From Thermoleophilaceae bacterium (GTDB lineage Bacteria; Actinomycetota; Thermoleophilia; Solirubrobacterales; Thermoleophilaceae), in the NCBI GenBank assembly GCA_034664185.1, contig JAXDIC010000020.1, positions 1-48,712 of the forward strand: a stretch of DNA of 48,712 nt. The letters run 5' to 3'. Of the stretch, positions 25,847 to 34,409 are shown in pieces; position 1 is the stretch's first letter, and each line of letters opens with the position of its first letter. Below the pieces are notes generated by a model. The model did no database searches. It had not been told where the DNA came from and worked only from the letters and a program-made list of their open reading frames with translations. The position numbers and the translations under genes were made by a program.

Positions 25847-26365
25847 TCAGGCGCCGGCCGGCGGCGGGGAGCGGCGCCCCACGAGCCGGAAGCCTCCGGC
25901 CAGCATCACGCCGCCGAGCAGGACCAGCAGCACGAGCAGCGTCGGCTGGCCGCCCGAGTGCCGGTGATAGGCCGTGCGCGCTCCCAACACCGAGCCGGTA
26001 CCGGCATCGGCTGAGCCGCCCGTCCCGGTGCCGTCAGCCGTCGAGCCGGGGACGGAGGTCCCACCCCGGCCAGCGCTGGAGCGAGCGTGGTGGTGGCCGG
26101 GCGGTCCGATGCCGGCACCGAACAGCGGTCGGGCGCCGGACGACCCGCCGTGGGAACCCGGGCCCCCGCCGTGGGAGCCCGTGCCCCCGCCGTGGGATCC
26201 GCCCATGCCCTGGCCGCGCCCCTGATCCAGCGGCAGCGCGTACTCCTTGCCCGCCGGGCTGTTGGGATCGGGGATGGCGCCGCTCTGCGCCATGGCCGCG
26301 CCTGGCAGCGCCAGCCCCACCGCGATGGCCAGCGCCGGGCCCCAACTCTTCCTCGTCAAGCCCAT
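25847..26365 (-). CDS. Secreted Gly/His-rich repeat protein with a C-terminal TM anchor
   Basis: 172 aa. The signal peptide is MGLTRKSWGPALAIAVGLALPGAAMA. The repeats read GGSHGGGTGSHGGGPGSHGGSSG and are followed by an HHH run. The C-terminus is LLVLLVLLGGVMLAGGFRLVGRR. The ATG lies 6 nt after the asnB stop. Confidence 0.6.
   Translation of the reverse strand: MGLTRKSWGPALAIAVGLALPGAAMAQSGAIPDPNSPAGKEYALPLDQGRGQGMGGSHGGGTGSHGGGPGSHGGSSGARPLFGAGIGPPGHHHARSSAGRGGTSVPGSTADGTGTGGSADAGTGSVLGARTAYHRHSGGQPTLLVLLVLLGGVMLAGGFRLVGRRSPPPAGA
26144..26206 (-). repeat. Three tandem 21-nt coding repeats (SHGGG(T/P/S)G units)
   Basis: On the plus strand the units read cccgccgtgggaacccgggcc / cccgccgtgggagcccgtgcc / cccgccgtgggatccgcccat. 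Confidence 0.8.
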
Positions 26366-26371
26366 GTGGCG

Positions 26372-28312
26372 TTAGCTTAGATCCAAGCCCGCGTCGCTGC
26401 CCACCGGGGTGGCCGAGCCCGCAGCTCGCAGCCAGTGCTCCAGCGTCAGGAGCGCCCACAGCCGCAGCCCGTGGTGAGCATCTCCGCCACGGTGCTCGGC
26501 CCACAGCCGACGCACCACGGTCGCGTCGAGCATGCCCGAGAGCCTGGAGTCGCCGCTCAGCACCTCGTCCTTGAACATCGTGCCGAGCTCCCCCCGGAAC
26601 CAGGCGTCCAGCGGGGCCCCGAACCCGTGCTTGCGCCGGTTCCAGATCGCGTCGGGCAGCAGCGGGCGGAAGGCTTGGCGAAGCAGCGGCTTGGTCCGCC
26701 GCAGCCGTACCTTGTGCCGGGCCGGCAGCCGGCTCAGGTACTCCACCAGAGCGGTGTCGAGGAAGGGCGACCGGGCCTCCAGCGAGTGCGCCATCGACAT
26801 GCGGTCCATCTTCACCGCCAGGTCGTCCGGGAGGTACGTCTTGAAGTTGACGTACATGAGCCGATCCAGCGGGTCGAGCGGCGCGGCGCGCGCATACGGC
26901 TCCTCGTACGACCGCGCCACGGCCGCCGGGCCGGACCCGTTCGTAGGCGACCACATCTCGGCAAGGAGGTCCTCGCTCATCACGGAGACCCAGCCCAGGT
27001 AGCGGCGCTCGACCGGCAGCCGGTGGTCCTGGAAGAGCCGGACGAGCCGGCGCGGGAGGTCGAAGTACCCGCTGCCGCTGGGCAGCCGGCGCGCCACCCG
27101 GCTGCCCAGAGCCGCGACGGGGCCCGGTATGCGCGAGACGATGCCCGCCGCGGCGAAGCGCTCGTAGCCGCCGAACACCTCGTCGCCGCCGTCGCCGGTG
27201 AGCACCACGGTGACGTGCCTCCGCGCCAGCTCGCCGACGATGTAGGTGGGCACCGCGGAGGCGTCCGCGTAGGGCTGGTCGTGCAGCCAGAGGAGGCGGT
27301 CCATGAGCGACACCGCGTCCGCCCTGACCACCGATTCGACGTGGTTCGTGCCGAATCGCCGCGCCACCAGCCGGGCATAGTCGCGCTCGTCGAACGACTG
27401 GTCGTCCGCGAAGCCGATCGAGAACGTGCGCACGGGCTCGTCCGTCGCCTCCGCCATCAGCCCCACCACCACCGACGAGTCGACGCCGCCGGACAGAAAC
27501 GCCCCGAGCGGCACGTCCGCCACCAGGCGCCGGCGCACGGCTTGGCGCACGAGCTCTCGCACCGTCTCCACGCAGTCGGGCCCCGGCTGGAGGTCCTGGG
27601 CCGGCGGAAGGGGGTCCCAGTACTCGGTGGTGCGCGCTCCCTGGCCCACCGCGAACGTCACAACCCCGGCCGGCGGCACCTGCACGACCTCCTCGTACAT
27701 CGTGCCGGGATGGGGCACGTAGCCGAAGGTGAGGTACTCGCCCACGGACTCCGCTCGCAGCCGCGTATCGAGCCAGGGCACCCTGAGCAGGGACTTGATC
27801 TCCGAAGCGAAGGCCAGGCGGTCGTCCCGGACCGAGTAGAAGAGCGGCTTCTTGCCGGCCCGGTCCCTCGCCAGGACCAGCGTTCCCCGGCGTCCGTCCC
27901 ACAGCGCGATGGCGAACATCCCGTCGAGGCGCTTGACGAAGTCGACGCCCCACTCGAGGTAGGCGCGCAGGACCACCTCCGTGTCGCCGGTCGAGCCGAA
28001 GCGATGTCCCGCGACCTCCAGCTCCGTGCGCAGCTTGCGGAAGTTGTAGACCTCGCCGTTGTAGGTCAGGGCCACGGTCCCCGTGCCGTCGTCCACGGAC
28101 ATCGGCTGGTCGGCCCGCTCCGACAGGTCGATCACCTTCAGGCGGCGATGCCCCAGCCACGCTCGCGCCTCCCCGCCCGGGCCGCCGCCCTGGAGCTCCA
28201 GCTGGCCGGACCCGTCCGGCCCTCGGTGCTTCAAGACGTCGCTCATGGCCCGCACCAGCCCCGGATCGACAGACTCCCGCGCCGGGGTTACCACCCCGCA
28301 TATTCCGCACAC
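26372..28312 (-). CDS. asnB: Asparagine synthase (glutamine-hydrolysing) family amidotransferase
   Basis: CGICGV lies at the N-terminus, so starting at GTG 28312 exposes the catalytic Cys2 (the track start ATG 28318 adds MP). SGGVDSS is the PP-loop. The length is about 646 aa. Confidence 0.9.
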   Translation of the reverse strand: MCGICGVVTPARESVDPGLVRAMSDVLKHRGPDGSGQLELQGGGPGGEARAWLGHRRLKVIDLSERADQPMSVDDGTGTVALTYNGEVYNFRKLRTELEVAGHRFGSTGDTEVVLRAYLEWGVDFVKRLDGMFAIALWDGRRGTLVLARDRAGKKPLFYSVRDDRLAFASEIKSLLRVPWLDTRLRAESVGEYLTFGYVPHPGTMYEEVVQVPPAGVVTFAVGQGARTTEYWDPLPPAQDLQPGPDCVETVRELVRQAVRRRLVADVPLGAFLSGGVDSSVVVGLMAEATDEPVRTFSIGFADDQSFDERDYARLVARRFGTNHVESVVRADAVSLMDRLLWLHDQPYADASAVPTYIVGELARRHVTVVLTGDGGDEVFGGYERFAAAGIVSRIPGPVAALGSRVARRLPSGSGYFDLPRRLVRLFQDHRLPVERRYLGWVSVMSEDLLAEMWSPTNGSGPAAVARSYEEPYARAAPLDPLDRLMYVNFKTYLPDDLAVKMDRMSMAHSLEARSPFLDTALVEYLSRLPARHKVRLRRTKPLLRQAFRPLLPDAIWNRRKHGFGAPLDAWFRGELGTMFKDEVLSGDSRLSGMLDATVVRRLWAEHRGGDAHHGLRLWALLTLEHWLRAAGSATPVGSDAGLDLS

Positions 28313-28380
28313 CGGCATGACTCTACGGGGCCCTGCCGGAGTGGCTATGCTCGCCGCTGAGCTCAGCGCGCGGACTGGCC

Positions 28381-29403
28381 GTGCGGCTCCATAGGGGGAG
28401 GAACACGCTGCGGTATCTGGTCACCGGCGGGGCGGGCTTCATCGGATCGCACCTCATCGACGCGCTCGCGGCGCGGGGCGAGCAGGTACTCGTCCTGGAC
28501 GACCTCTCGACAGGCCGGCTCGAGAACATCCAGCACCTGGTCGAGCTGGACAACGTGGAGTTCGTGGAGGGGTCGGTGTTGGACGAGGCCCTCGTGGACG
28601 ACTGCATGGGCACCGTCGACCGCTGCTTCCACCTGGCCTCGGCGGTTGGGGTGCAGTTGGTGGTCACGCGGCCGCTCGACACGCTGCTGGCCAACGTCAA
28701 CGGGGTCCAGAACGTCATGCTGTCGGCGGCCCGCCACGGCCGCTGGCTTCTCTACACCTCCACGTCCGAGGTCTACGGCAAGGCCAGCGACTCGACGCTC
28801 CAGGAGGACACCGACAGCGTGGTCGGATCCCCGTTCAAGGCACGCTGGAGCTACGCCATCGCGAAGTCGTTCGGAGAGGCGCTGGCGCACACGCTGCATC
28901 GCGAGCAGGACGCGCGGATCGTCGTCACCCGGCTGTTCAACGTGATCGGCCCCCGCCAGAGCGGGCGCTACGGCATGGTCCTGCCGCGCTTCGTCCGCCA
29001 GGCGCTGTCGGGTCAGGACCTCACGGTGTTCGGCAACGGGACCCAGTCGCGCTGCTTCCTGCACGTGCAGGACGCGGTCCACGCGCTTCTGCTCCTGGCG
29101 GACGGGGGCGAGGCCGGCAGCGTGTTCAACGTGGGCTCCCAGGCCGAGGTCCCGATCATCGAGCTCGCCAGGCGGGTCATCGCGGCCACCGGATCGAAGT
29201 CGGCCATCAGACTCGTTCCCTACGCCGACGCCTACGGGCCGGGGTTCGAGGAGCTGGGCCGCCGCAAGCCCGACACGCGCGCGCTGGAAGAGCTCACCGG
29301 CTGGCAGATGAGCCGGACGCTGGACGAGGCGATCGACGACGTCACGGCATACGAGAGGAGCGCGGCGGGAGCGACGGACCCGAGTCTCCGACTTGTCGGC
29401 TGA
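28381..29403 (+). CDS. NAD-dependent epimerase/dehydratase (extended SDR; UDP-glucuronate decarboxylase/ArnA-like STSEVYG type)
   Basis: VTGGAGFIGSHL, TSTSEVYG and YAIAK (YxxxK) fit the family. The start is ambiguous: GTG 28381, or in-frame CTG 28408, which follows a GGGGGAGGA Shine-Dalgarno sequence. Confidence 0.85.
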   Translation: MRLHRGRNTLRYLVTGGAGFIGSHLIDALAARGEQVLVLDDLSTGRLENIQHLVELDNVEFVEGSVLDEALVDDCMGTVDRCFHLASAVGVQLVVTRPLDTLLANVNGVQNVMLSAARHGRWLLYTSTSEVYGKASDSTLQEDTDSVVGSPFKARWSYAIAKSFGEALAHTLHREQDARIVVTRLFNVIGPRQSGRYGMVLPRFVRQALSGQDLTVFGNGTQSRCFLHVQDAVHALLLLADGGEAGSVFNVGSQAEVPIIELARRVIAATGSKSAIRLVPYADAYGPGFEELGRRKPDTRALEELTGWQMSRTLDEAIDDVTAYERSAAGATDPSLRLVG

Positions 29404-32400
29404 CGTCCGGATCGTCGGGGCGCTGCTGCTGCCCCTCCTCATAGTCCTGGGCCTCACGCCCGTCGCGATCCGCGCGGCCGAGAGGCTTGGCTTCTACGAC
29501 CACCCGGTGGGCTACAAGGGTCACCTCCGGGCCACGCCCTACCTCGGCGGGGCAGCTGTCCTCGCCGGCTTCCTGGTGGGGACCCTCGCCTTCACCGGCG
29601 ACCTCGCGCGGCTGGCTCCGATCCCCATCTGCGCTCTCTTCCTCTGGGTGGTCGGCACGCTGGACGATCGCATCACGGTCAGCCCCAGCCTTCGCGTGGC
29701 GGCGGCGGCCGCCGTGGGCGGGGTCCTGTTCGCGGCCGGGCTCGGCTGGCACGTGTTCCCGAGCGACGCGGCCAACCTCGTGCTCACCATCGCCTGGCTA
29801 CTGGGCGTCATCAACGCCTTCAACCTGATGGACAACATGGACGGGGCGGCCGGCACGGTCGCGGCCCTGTCGTCGGTCGGCACCGCGATCCTGGCCCTGA
29901 CCGTGCACGACATCGCCGTTGCCGCGCTGGCCGTGGCCCTCTGCGGAGCGTGCCTCGGGTTCCTGCCCTACAACCTCAGCTCGCCCGCGCGGATCTTCCT
30001 TGGCGACGGCGGCTCGATGCCGATCGGGTTCGTGGTGGCGGCCGCGATCATGGCCGTTCCGCTCCACGGCAGCGTCGGGTGGCACCGGCTGCTGGTCGCC
30101 ATCCTCTTGGTCGGTGTGCCGGTGGTCGACACGGCGCTCGTGATGGTCTCCCGCTGGCGGGCGGGGGTGGCGATCGTCCGCGGAGGCCGCGACCACATCA
30201 CCCACCGCCTGCGGGCTCGGCTGCCGTCGGCGCGTGCGGTCGCCCTGACGGTCGGGCTGGCCCACGGGGCGGCCTGCGGCGCGGCGCTGGCCATCGCGCA
30301 CCTGGGCGACGGCCCGACTGTCCTGGCCTGGGCGCTGCTGCTGGGCGGGATCGCGGCGCTCGTCGCCGTGTTCGAGACGCCGGCCTGGGCGCCCACGCGC
30401 CTGGCCGCGGCCGGTGGGCCGCCGGCCTCGGTGGCAAGTGGCGCCGCCGCGCCGCCCCGGCGGCCATCCTCCGCCCCGATGACCCACGAGATGCCCGTCG
30501 CCGCCCCGCCCGACCCCGCCCGCGAGCGTGCGATTCGGCCGATCGAGGCGATCCTGCTGGTGGTCCTGGCGCTGGGCTGCGGCCTGAGCCCCCTGCTCTA
30601 CGGGTTCTACAACGTCTCCACCTGGGGTCCGATCACCCTGGCGCTGCTGGCGGTGCTGCTCGGGCTCGTGGTGTCGCGGCCGGTCGTGCCCAGGCCCGCC
30701 GCGGTGGTGGCACTCGGGTCGCTCGTGGCCCTCTGGGCCTGGTCGCTCCTGTCGACCGGCTGGGGCGAGGCGACCGACCGCGGCATGACCGACGCGAGCC
30801 GCTGGATGCTGTATGCGGCGCTGTTCGCGATCTACCTCCTGCTGTTGCGCAACGAGCGGCTGACCCGGCTGCTGCTGGGCTGCGCCGCGGCGCTTATCGT
30901 GGGGTTCGCCGCCTACCTGCTCGTGGTGATGCTCGCGGGCGACGGGCCGCGACTGTTCCTGGGCAGCCGGCTGAACGGGCCGCTCGGGTACGTGAACGGC
31001 GAGGCCGGCTACCTGCTGCTGGGGGTCTGGCCCCTGGTGGCAGTGGCGGAACGTGCCAGGACCGGACTGGCCGCCGCCGCGGTGGCCGGGGCCACGGCCC
31101 TGGTCGCGCTCGTGCTGCTCAGCGAGACACGCGCTGTCGTGCCGGCGCTGGTTATCGCGGCGATCGTCCTCATGCTCGCGGTGCCCGGCCGCCGGCGCCG
31201 GGCCTGGATCCTCGTGGTGATCGCCGCCGCGGTGGCCGCCGTCTCGGGACCCCTCACCGCCGTCTTCCGGCACACGGCGGCCGGCCACACCCCGGACGCG
31301 GGCACGATCCGCACGGCGGCCCTGGCTGCGCTGGCCGCGGCCGTGGTCGCGGGCGCCGCGTGGGGGCTCGCGCGGACGTTTCGCGACTGGCTGGGTGAGC
31401 GTCCTGGGGGCGGGCGTGCCGCCGCCGCGGCGTCCACCGTCGGCCTGCTGGCCGTGATCCTGGTGGGCGGATTCGCCGTGACCAGGGCGGTGCCTCATCC
31501 GCTCCAGCGGATCTCCAACGAGGCGCGCGCCTTCACCCAGCTGCGGCCCGCGGGCACCGGCAGCGCTCGCCTGATCTCCGGCGGTGGAAATCGCTACGAC
31601 TACTGGCGGATCCCGTGGAAGGAGTTCCGCGACCACCCGGTCAAGGGAGTGGGCGCCGGCAGCTACGACGTCGGCTACTTCCTGCAGCGCCGCACCACCG
31701 AGGACATCACCCAGCCGCACTCGATCGAGCTCCAGGCGCTGTCGGAGCTCGGGCTCGTGGGCGGCATCGCGGTGCTGGGTCTGATCGGCGGCGTGCTGGC
31801 GGGCTTCCTGCGCCGGGTCGCCCGCGCGCGCCGAAGCTCGACCGACGCCGGGATCGCGGTGGCCGCCGGTGGGATCTTCCTCACCTGGCTCGTTCACACC
31901 AGCGTCGACTGGCTGCACCTGATCCCCGGCATAACCGGCGTCGCGCTGGGCGCCGGCGCCGCGCTGGTCGCTCCCGGTCGACCCGCCCGTGCCGGACGCC
32001 GCTACCCCGCGCGGCTGATGGCGGTGGCGCTGTGTGCGGGGCTGGTCGCGGTCGGCGCCCTGTTCGTGGCGCGCATCACGCTGGCGGACCACTACCAGTC
32101 CCAGGCGCGAGCTGAGGTCGCGCGCAACCCGGCCCGCGCCCTCGATCGCGCGGGCCAGGCGCTGGCGCTGCAGGAGTCCAGCTCGACGCGCTACGTGCAG
32201 GCCGCGGCGTTCGCGCGTCAGGGCGACTACCCGAACGCCCGCGGATCCCTGCTCGAGGTCACCCGAAGCGAGCCGCACAACTTCGTGCCCTGGGCGCTCC
32301 TGGGCGACCTGGCGGTGCGCCGGCGCGACCTGGCCGAGGCCAGGCGCGACTATACGCGCGCCCACCGCCTGGATCCGCGCAACCCGGAGCTGGCCAGGCT

Positions 32401-32446
32401 CGCGCGCGATCCCAGCACGGCGACGGGCTCCGCGGTCACCCCGTGA
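29393..32446 (+). CDS. Fusion protein: WecA/MraY-family polyprenyl-phosphate sugar-1-phosphate transferase + O-antigen ligase/polymerase-like (Wzy_C) membrane domain + TPR repeats
   Basis: A single 1017-codon frame. The N-terminal third has GTLDDR, NAFNLMDNMDGAAG, FLGDGGSMPIG, VVDTALVMVSRWR and DHITHRL, the WecA/MraY signatures. A Pro/Ala linker follows. The central polytopic part has LLSETRAV and GVGAGSYDVGYF...QPHSIELQALSELGLVGG, the O-antigen ligase-type motif. The C-terminus is TPR-like (QGDYPNARGSLLEV...DLAEARRDYTRAHRLDPRNPE). Confidence 0.75.
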   Translation: MSADVRIVGALLLPLLIVLGLTPVAIRAAERLGFYDHPVGYKGHLRATPYLGGAAVLAGFLVGTLAFTGDLARLAPIPICALFLWVVGTLDDRITVSPSLRVAAAAAVGGVLFAAGLGWHVFPSDAANLVLTIAWLLGVINAFNLMDNMDGAAGTVAALSSVGTAILALTVHDIAVAALAVALCGACLGFLPYNLSSPARIFLGDGGSMPIGFVVAAAIMAVPLHGSVGWHRLLVAILLVGVPVVDTALVMVSRWRAGVAIVRGGRDHITHRLRARLPSARAVALTVGLAHGAACGAALAIAHLGDGPTVLAWALLLGGIAALVAVFETPAWAPTRLAAAGGPPASVASGAAAPPRRPSSAPMTHEMPVAAPPDPARERAIRPIEAILLVVLALGCGLSPLLYGFYNVSTWGPITLALLAVLLGLVVSRPVVPRPAAVVALGSLVALWAWSLLSTGWGEATDRGMTDASRWMLYAALFAIYLLLLRNERLTRLLLGCAAALIVGFAAYLLVVMLAGDGPRLFLGSRLNGPLGYVNGEAGYLLLGVWPLVAVAERARTGLAAAAVAGATALVALVLLSETRAVVPALVIAAIVLMLAVPGRRRRAWILVVIAAAVAAVSGPLTAVFRHTAAGHTPDAGTIRTAALAALAAAVVAGAAWGLARTFRDWLGERPGGGRAAAAASTVGLLAVILVGGFAVTRAVPHPLQRISNEARAFTQLRPAGTGSARLISGGGNRYDYWRIPWKEFRDHPVKGVGAGSYDVGYFLQRRTTEDITQPHSIELQALSELGLVGGIAVLGLIGGVLAGFLRRVARARRSSTDAGIAVAAGGIFLTWLVHTSVDWLHLIPGITGVALGAGAALVAPGRPARAGRRYPARLMAVALCAGLVAVGALFVARITLADHYQSQARAEVARNPARALDRAGQALALQESSSTRYVQAAAFARQGDYPNARGSLLEVTRSEPHNFVPWALLGDLAVRRRDLAEARRDYTRAHRLDPRNPELARLARDPSTATGSAVTP

Positions 32447-32461
32447 GCTGGCGCTGGCGCG

Positions 32462-33571
32462 TCAGCCCTTCTTGAACGCGGCGTAGCCCGGCTTCTTGGT
32501 GCCCTGATAGTCCAGCAGCCCCCCGTGGCTCACGGGCGCACCGTTCGACCTTGGGGCGTCGTCATAGAGATGGATCCAGCCGAACGCGTACGCGCCCACG
32601 GAGCGGGCGACCTTGAACCCGCTCGTGATCCAGCTCGCCTGCGTCTTGGGCAGCACGTAGAAGTTGAACTCGCTGTCGTTGGGCGCAGTGACCAGGGTGA
32701 ACTCGGACAGGAAGAGCGGCACGTGGCGGTGGCGGCTGCCGCCGAAGCGCTGATCCACCACCTTGCCGAAGCGGCCGAGGTCGGAGAAGTCCTGGAGCCC
32801 GCCGGGGGACGGTGGGTTCTTCAGGTCGGGCTTGCGGTTGCAGAAGGGGTTGTGGCCGTACAGGTCGAGGCGTGGCGGCTTGCCGTTCGGCAGCCGCATG
32901 TTCTTGACCCAGTCGGCCGGCTTGATGTCGCCGGCGGTGAACGTGTTGCCGCCGATCACCAGGTTGTGCTTGCTGCGGCCCTTGAGCGCACCGTAGGCCG
33001 CGTCGAGCAGCCTGGCGTAGCGCTTGGGCGCGGCGGCCTGGGCGTTGGTCAGGTGTCCAGGCTGGCTCGGGCTCATGGGCTGGAAGTTGGCCGGATTGTT
33101 GGGCTCGCCCCACACCATCCAGAGGTGGACCGAGGGGTAGCGCTTGCTGGCGGCGTAGGCGAAGTCGGCGTAGTCCTTCGGGTTGGTCGGAGCCCACTCG
33201 CGGCTCTGCCCTCCGTTGGCCCAGCGCGGGCTGTAGCTCAGCATCAGCAGCACACGCATGTGTTGGCTGCCGGCCTGGTTGATCGCGTAAGCCACGTCCG
33301 CCGGCCAGCGGTAGGCGGGATCGTCCGGATTGCGCGGGTTGGCCGGGCGCGTGGGCGCCACCTCGGCCCAGACCAGGCCCGTCTGGAAGATGCTCACCCC
33401 GAGGTCGTGGTAGATCGGGAACTGCGAGGCGCCGTTGACTTGTGTCGGCCCCCAGAAGGCCTTGACGGGACGGGTGCGGCCCGCGGCGACCGGCGATGCA
33501 CAGGCGGCCGCCGCGACGCTCAGCGCCAGGATCGCGGCCAGGCGGCGCGCTCGGGAGCCAGGGGCCGACAC
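32462..33571 (-). CDS. Secreted TIM-barrel glycoside-hydrolase-like protein (GH5/GH39-type, PslG-like); start provisional (GTG 33571)
   Basis: The signal peptide is RARRLAAILALSVAAAACASP. MVWGEPNN fits an acid/base NEP-type motif and LFLSEFT fits a candidate nucleophile. The gene starts 10 nt after the upstream stop. Confidence 0.55.
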   Translation of the reverse strand: MSAPGSRARRLAAILALSVAAAACASPVAAGRTRPVKAFWGPTQVNGASQFPIYHDLGVSIFQTGLVWAEVAPTRPANPRNPDDPAYRWPADVAYAINQAGSQHMRVLLMLSYSPRWANGGQSREWAPTNPKDYADFAYAASKRYPSVHLWMVWGEPNNPANFQPMSPSQPGHLTNAQAAAPKRYARLLDAAYGALKGRSKHNLVIGGNTFTAGDIKPADWVKNMRLPNGKPPRLDLYGHNPFCNRKPDLKNPPSPGGLQDFSDLGRFGKVVDQRFGGSRHRHVPLFLSEFTLVTAPNDSEFNFYVLPKTQASWITSGFKVARSVGAYAFGWIHLYDDAPRSNGAPVSHGGLLDYQGTKKPGYAAFKKG

Positions 33572-33581
33572 GGTGGCGAGG

Positions 33582-34373
33582 TTAGCGGGCGCGCCTGCGG
33601 CGGCGCAGCACCACGAGGCAGCCGCCGAGGGCCAGCCCGGCGATCGGAATGGCCCACTTGAGCACATAGGCGATCGGCTCGACGATCGCCGTGTGAGGAG
33701 TCACCGAGCCGCGGTTGACGGCCATCGGCGCGCCGGACAGCACGTGCGCGATCTCGCCGCTCAGGGCCGCTCCGCCGCGCCCGTTCGGCGAGTCGTTGGC
33801 CCTGACTCGAGCGTAGTAGGGCTTCACCGACGAGGGGCGGCTGCGAACTGCCTCGAGCGACTCCGGGATCGTGACCCCGAAGGTCGGGTCGACGAGATAG
33901 CCACGGCCCGCCCGCGACCGGACCGCGACGAAGGTGTGGTCCAGGTACAGGACGTTGCGCGGCGAGTAGCCCTCGTCGTCGAGCACGTCGACGACGATGT
34001 TGGAGTACTGGCTGCAGATGCCGTAGCCACGAGCCAGCGCCCGGTCGGCCTCGGTGAACTCGTACATGCGGTAGGTGTGCGACACGTATCCCGCGGCGTA
34101 AAGGAGCCAGTTGTCGCCCACCGCCACGCGATCGGCCTTGTCGCTCCAGTAGTAGCCCATGCCGTTGTGCACCTCGCTGGCCAGGCGGCTGAAGTAGGCG
34201 TCGTCGGCCTCCCCGGGGCGCTTTGAGAGCTGGGCGCGCGCGAGCCTGCCGTGGGTGTGACTCGAGGCCGGGCGCCAGAGCCCGGCGGGCGCCGAATAGC
34301 TGGCGCTCAGCCCGCCGAGGTCGATCCCGAGCAGGCTCAGGCCGATCGCGATGAGTACATAGGCGGCTCGCAA
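33582..34373 (-). CDS. Membrane-anchored transglutaminase-like (papain-fold Cys-His-Asp) domain protein
   Basis: 263 aa with N- and C-terminal TM helices. The core GYGICSQYSNIVVDVLDDEGYSPRNVLYLDHTFVAVRSRAGRGYLVDPT matches the transglutaminase-core spacing of Cys, His and Asp. Confidence 0.55.
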   Translation of the reverse strand: MRAAYVLIAIGLSLLGIDLGGLSASYSAPAGLWRPASSHTHGRLARAQLSKRPGEADDAYFSRLASEVHNGMGYYWSDKADRVAVGDNWLLYAAGYVSHTYRMYEFTEADRALARGYGICSQYSNIVVDVLDDEGYSPRNVLYLDHTFVAVRSRAGRGYLVDPTFGVTIPESLEAVRSRPSSVKPYYARVRANDSPNGRGGAALSGEIAHVLSGAPMAVNRGSVTPHTAIVEPIAYVLKWAIPIAGLALGGCLVVLRRRRRAR

Positions 34374-34374
34374 A

Positions 34375-34397
34375 GTCGCGGTAGTCTGCCAGCCCGT
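34375..34397 (+). promoter_or_regulatory. Copy A of a 23-nt repeated motif GTCGCGGTAGTCTGCC(A/G)GCCCGT containing a -10-like TAGTCT
   Basis: It is identical to copy B (36488-36510) at 22 of 23 positions. It lies 13 nt upstream of the proposed GTG 34410 of the acyltransferase gene. Confidence 0.35.
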
Positions 34398-34409
34398 AGG
34401 GTCCGCGAC

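Noticed and set aside
26144-26206. Tandem 21-nt repeats as a possible CRISPR or VNTR array
   Set aside because: The units are contiguous with no spacers, in frame, and encode the SHGGG repeats of a secreted protein. There are no cas genes, so this is not CRISPR.
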